DNA of 53,512 bases from a virus (Duplodnaviria > Caudoviricetes), in the IMG/VR virus record IMGVR_UViG_3300020156_000445, positions 1-53,512 of that record; one strand, given 5' to 3'. Within the stretch, counting starts at the first letter, position 1; every line of letters starts with the position of its first letter. The translations under genes were made by a program, and so were the position numbers. Below, piece by piece: positions 52,694 through 53,512 of the stretch. Under the pieces are notes generated by a model, which worked only from the letters and a program-made list of their open reading frames with translations, was not told where the DNA came from and did no database searches.

Positions 52694-53512
52694 CTAGAAT
52701 CGGAAGCCCTCGTCGAGCAGCGCCAGGCAGGCGTCCGTCGCCTCGGCGTCCAGTTTGGCGCCGCGCAGGCGGCGCAGCTCCTCGCACGCCGCGTCCAGGC
52801 CCTTGGCCGGGCGGTAGGGGCGGTGCGAGGTGATGGCCTCCACCACGTCGGCCACGGCGACGATCCGCGCCTCCTGGCTGATCGCTTGGCCGGACAGGCC
52901 GTGCGGGTAGCCGGAACCGTCCATGCGCTCGTGATGCTCCAGCACGATGCGGTGGATGGCGTCGTCGAACTCCACGCGCTTCACGATGTCGTGGCCGTAC
53001 ACCGTGTGCAGTTTGATCAGCTCGAACTCCTGCGGCTCCAGCCGGCCGGGCTTGGACAGCAGCTCCGCCGGGATGCCGATCTTGCCGATGTCGTGCATCA
53101 GGGCTCCTAAGCGGATGCTCTCGGCCCGCTCCTCGCTCAGGCCCAGGCGCCGGGCGATGGCGGCGGAGAGCAGGGCGACGCGGGCCTGATGGCCGGCGGT
53201 GTAGGGATCGCGCCGCTCGATGGCGCGGCCCAGCGCCTCGGCCGTCTGGTCGAGCGCGGAGCGCGCGCCGATCAGCGCGTCCAGGCGCCCCTGCTCGGCC
53301 CGGTCGCGGCGGCGGAACTCGCGGCGCAGCAGCAGCCACAGCGCCCCCGACGTGATCAGCACGTAGGTCAGGCCCTTGCCCAGCTCGAAGGCGTAGTGCC
53401 CTTCCAGATCGGCGCCGAACAGGGCGACGGCGAGGCGGTTGCCGGCCAGGATCCACACCGTGCCGAACGCCGCGTAGAGAACCGAGATGGAAAGCGCCGA
53501 CAACGGCCGCAT
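52694..53512 (-). CDS. HD-GYP domain phosphodiesterase with N-terminal membrane segments (host gene)
   Basis: RDPYTAGH, HDIGK, HHERMDGSGYP, VAD, RPYR. Confidence 0.95.
   Translation of the reverse strand: MRPLSALSISVLYAAFGTVWILAGNRLAVALFGADLEGHYAFELGKGLTYVLITSGALWLLLRREFRRRDRAEQGRLDALIGARSALDQTAEALGRAIERRDPYTAGHQARVALLSAAIARRLGLSEERAESIRLGALMHDIGKIGIPAELLSKPGRLEPQEFELIKLHTVYGHDIVKRVEFDDAIHRIVLEHHERMDGSGYPHGLSGQAISQEARIVAVADVVEAITSHRPYRPAKGLDAACEELRRLRGAKLDAEATDACLALLDEGFRF

Overview
GC-rich, probably alphaproteobacterial (Rhodospirillales/Azospirillum-like by gene style; inference) chromosomal window with two mobile elements stacked in tandem at a tRNA-Ser(TGA) gene (52509-52598, minus strand). 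(1) An apparently complete ~45.6 kb temperate myovirus prophage is bounded by a 14-bp duplication of the tRNA 3' end (TGGCGGATGGGGTG at 6883-6896 and 52509-52522). It carries a P4/IntA-type integrase, a replication module, a cos-like site, lambda-type head genes, Mu/P2-type contractile tail genes with a programmed -1 frameshift, two receptor-binding proteins, a lysis region split by morons, and a right arm rich in small regulators. (2) The start of a second island (1-6882, running off the left edge) has two tyrosine integrases, antirepressor-like genes, a T7-like internal virion protein, two near-identical phage-RNAP-promoter-like motifs and three copies of a 15-19 bp palindrome. It looks like a satellite or remnant of a T7-like phage. 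A host HD-GYP gene lies at the right end. Best leads: the T7-like satellite architecture; an antirepressor upstream region combining a LexA box with a DnaA-box cluster; a LexA-boxed GNAT-like enzyme near a PAS-like protein (possible phage small-molecule signalling); an uncalled 28-aa hydrophobic peptide gene; and a holin-like/lipoprotein fusion. All protein calls come from motif recognition by eye; no database searches were run.
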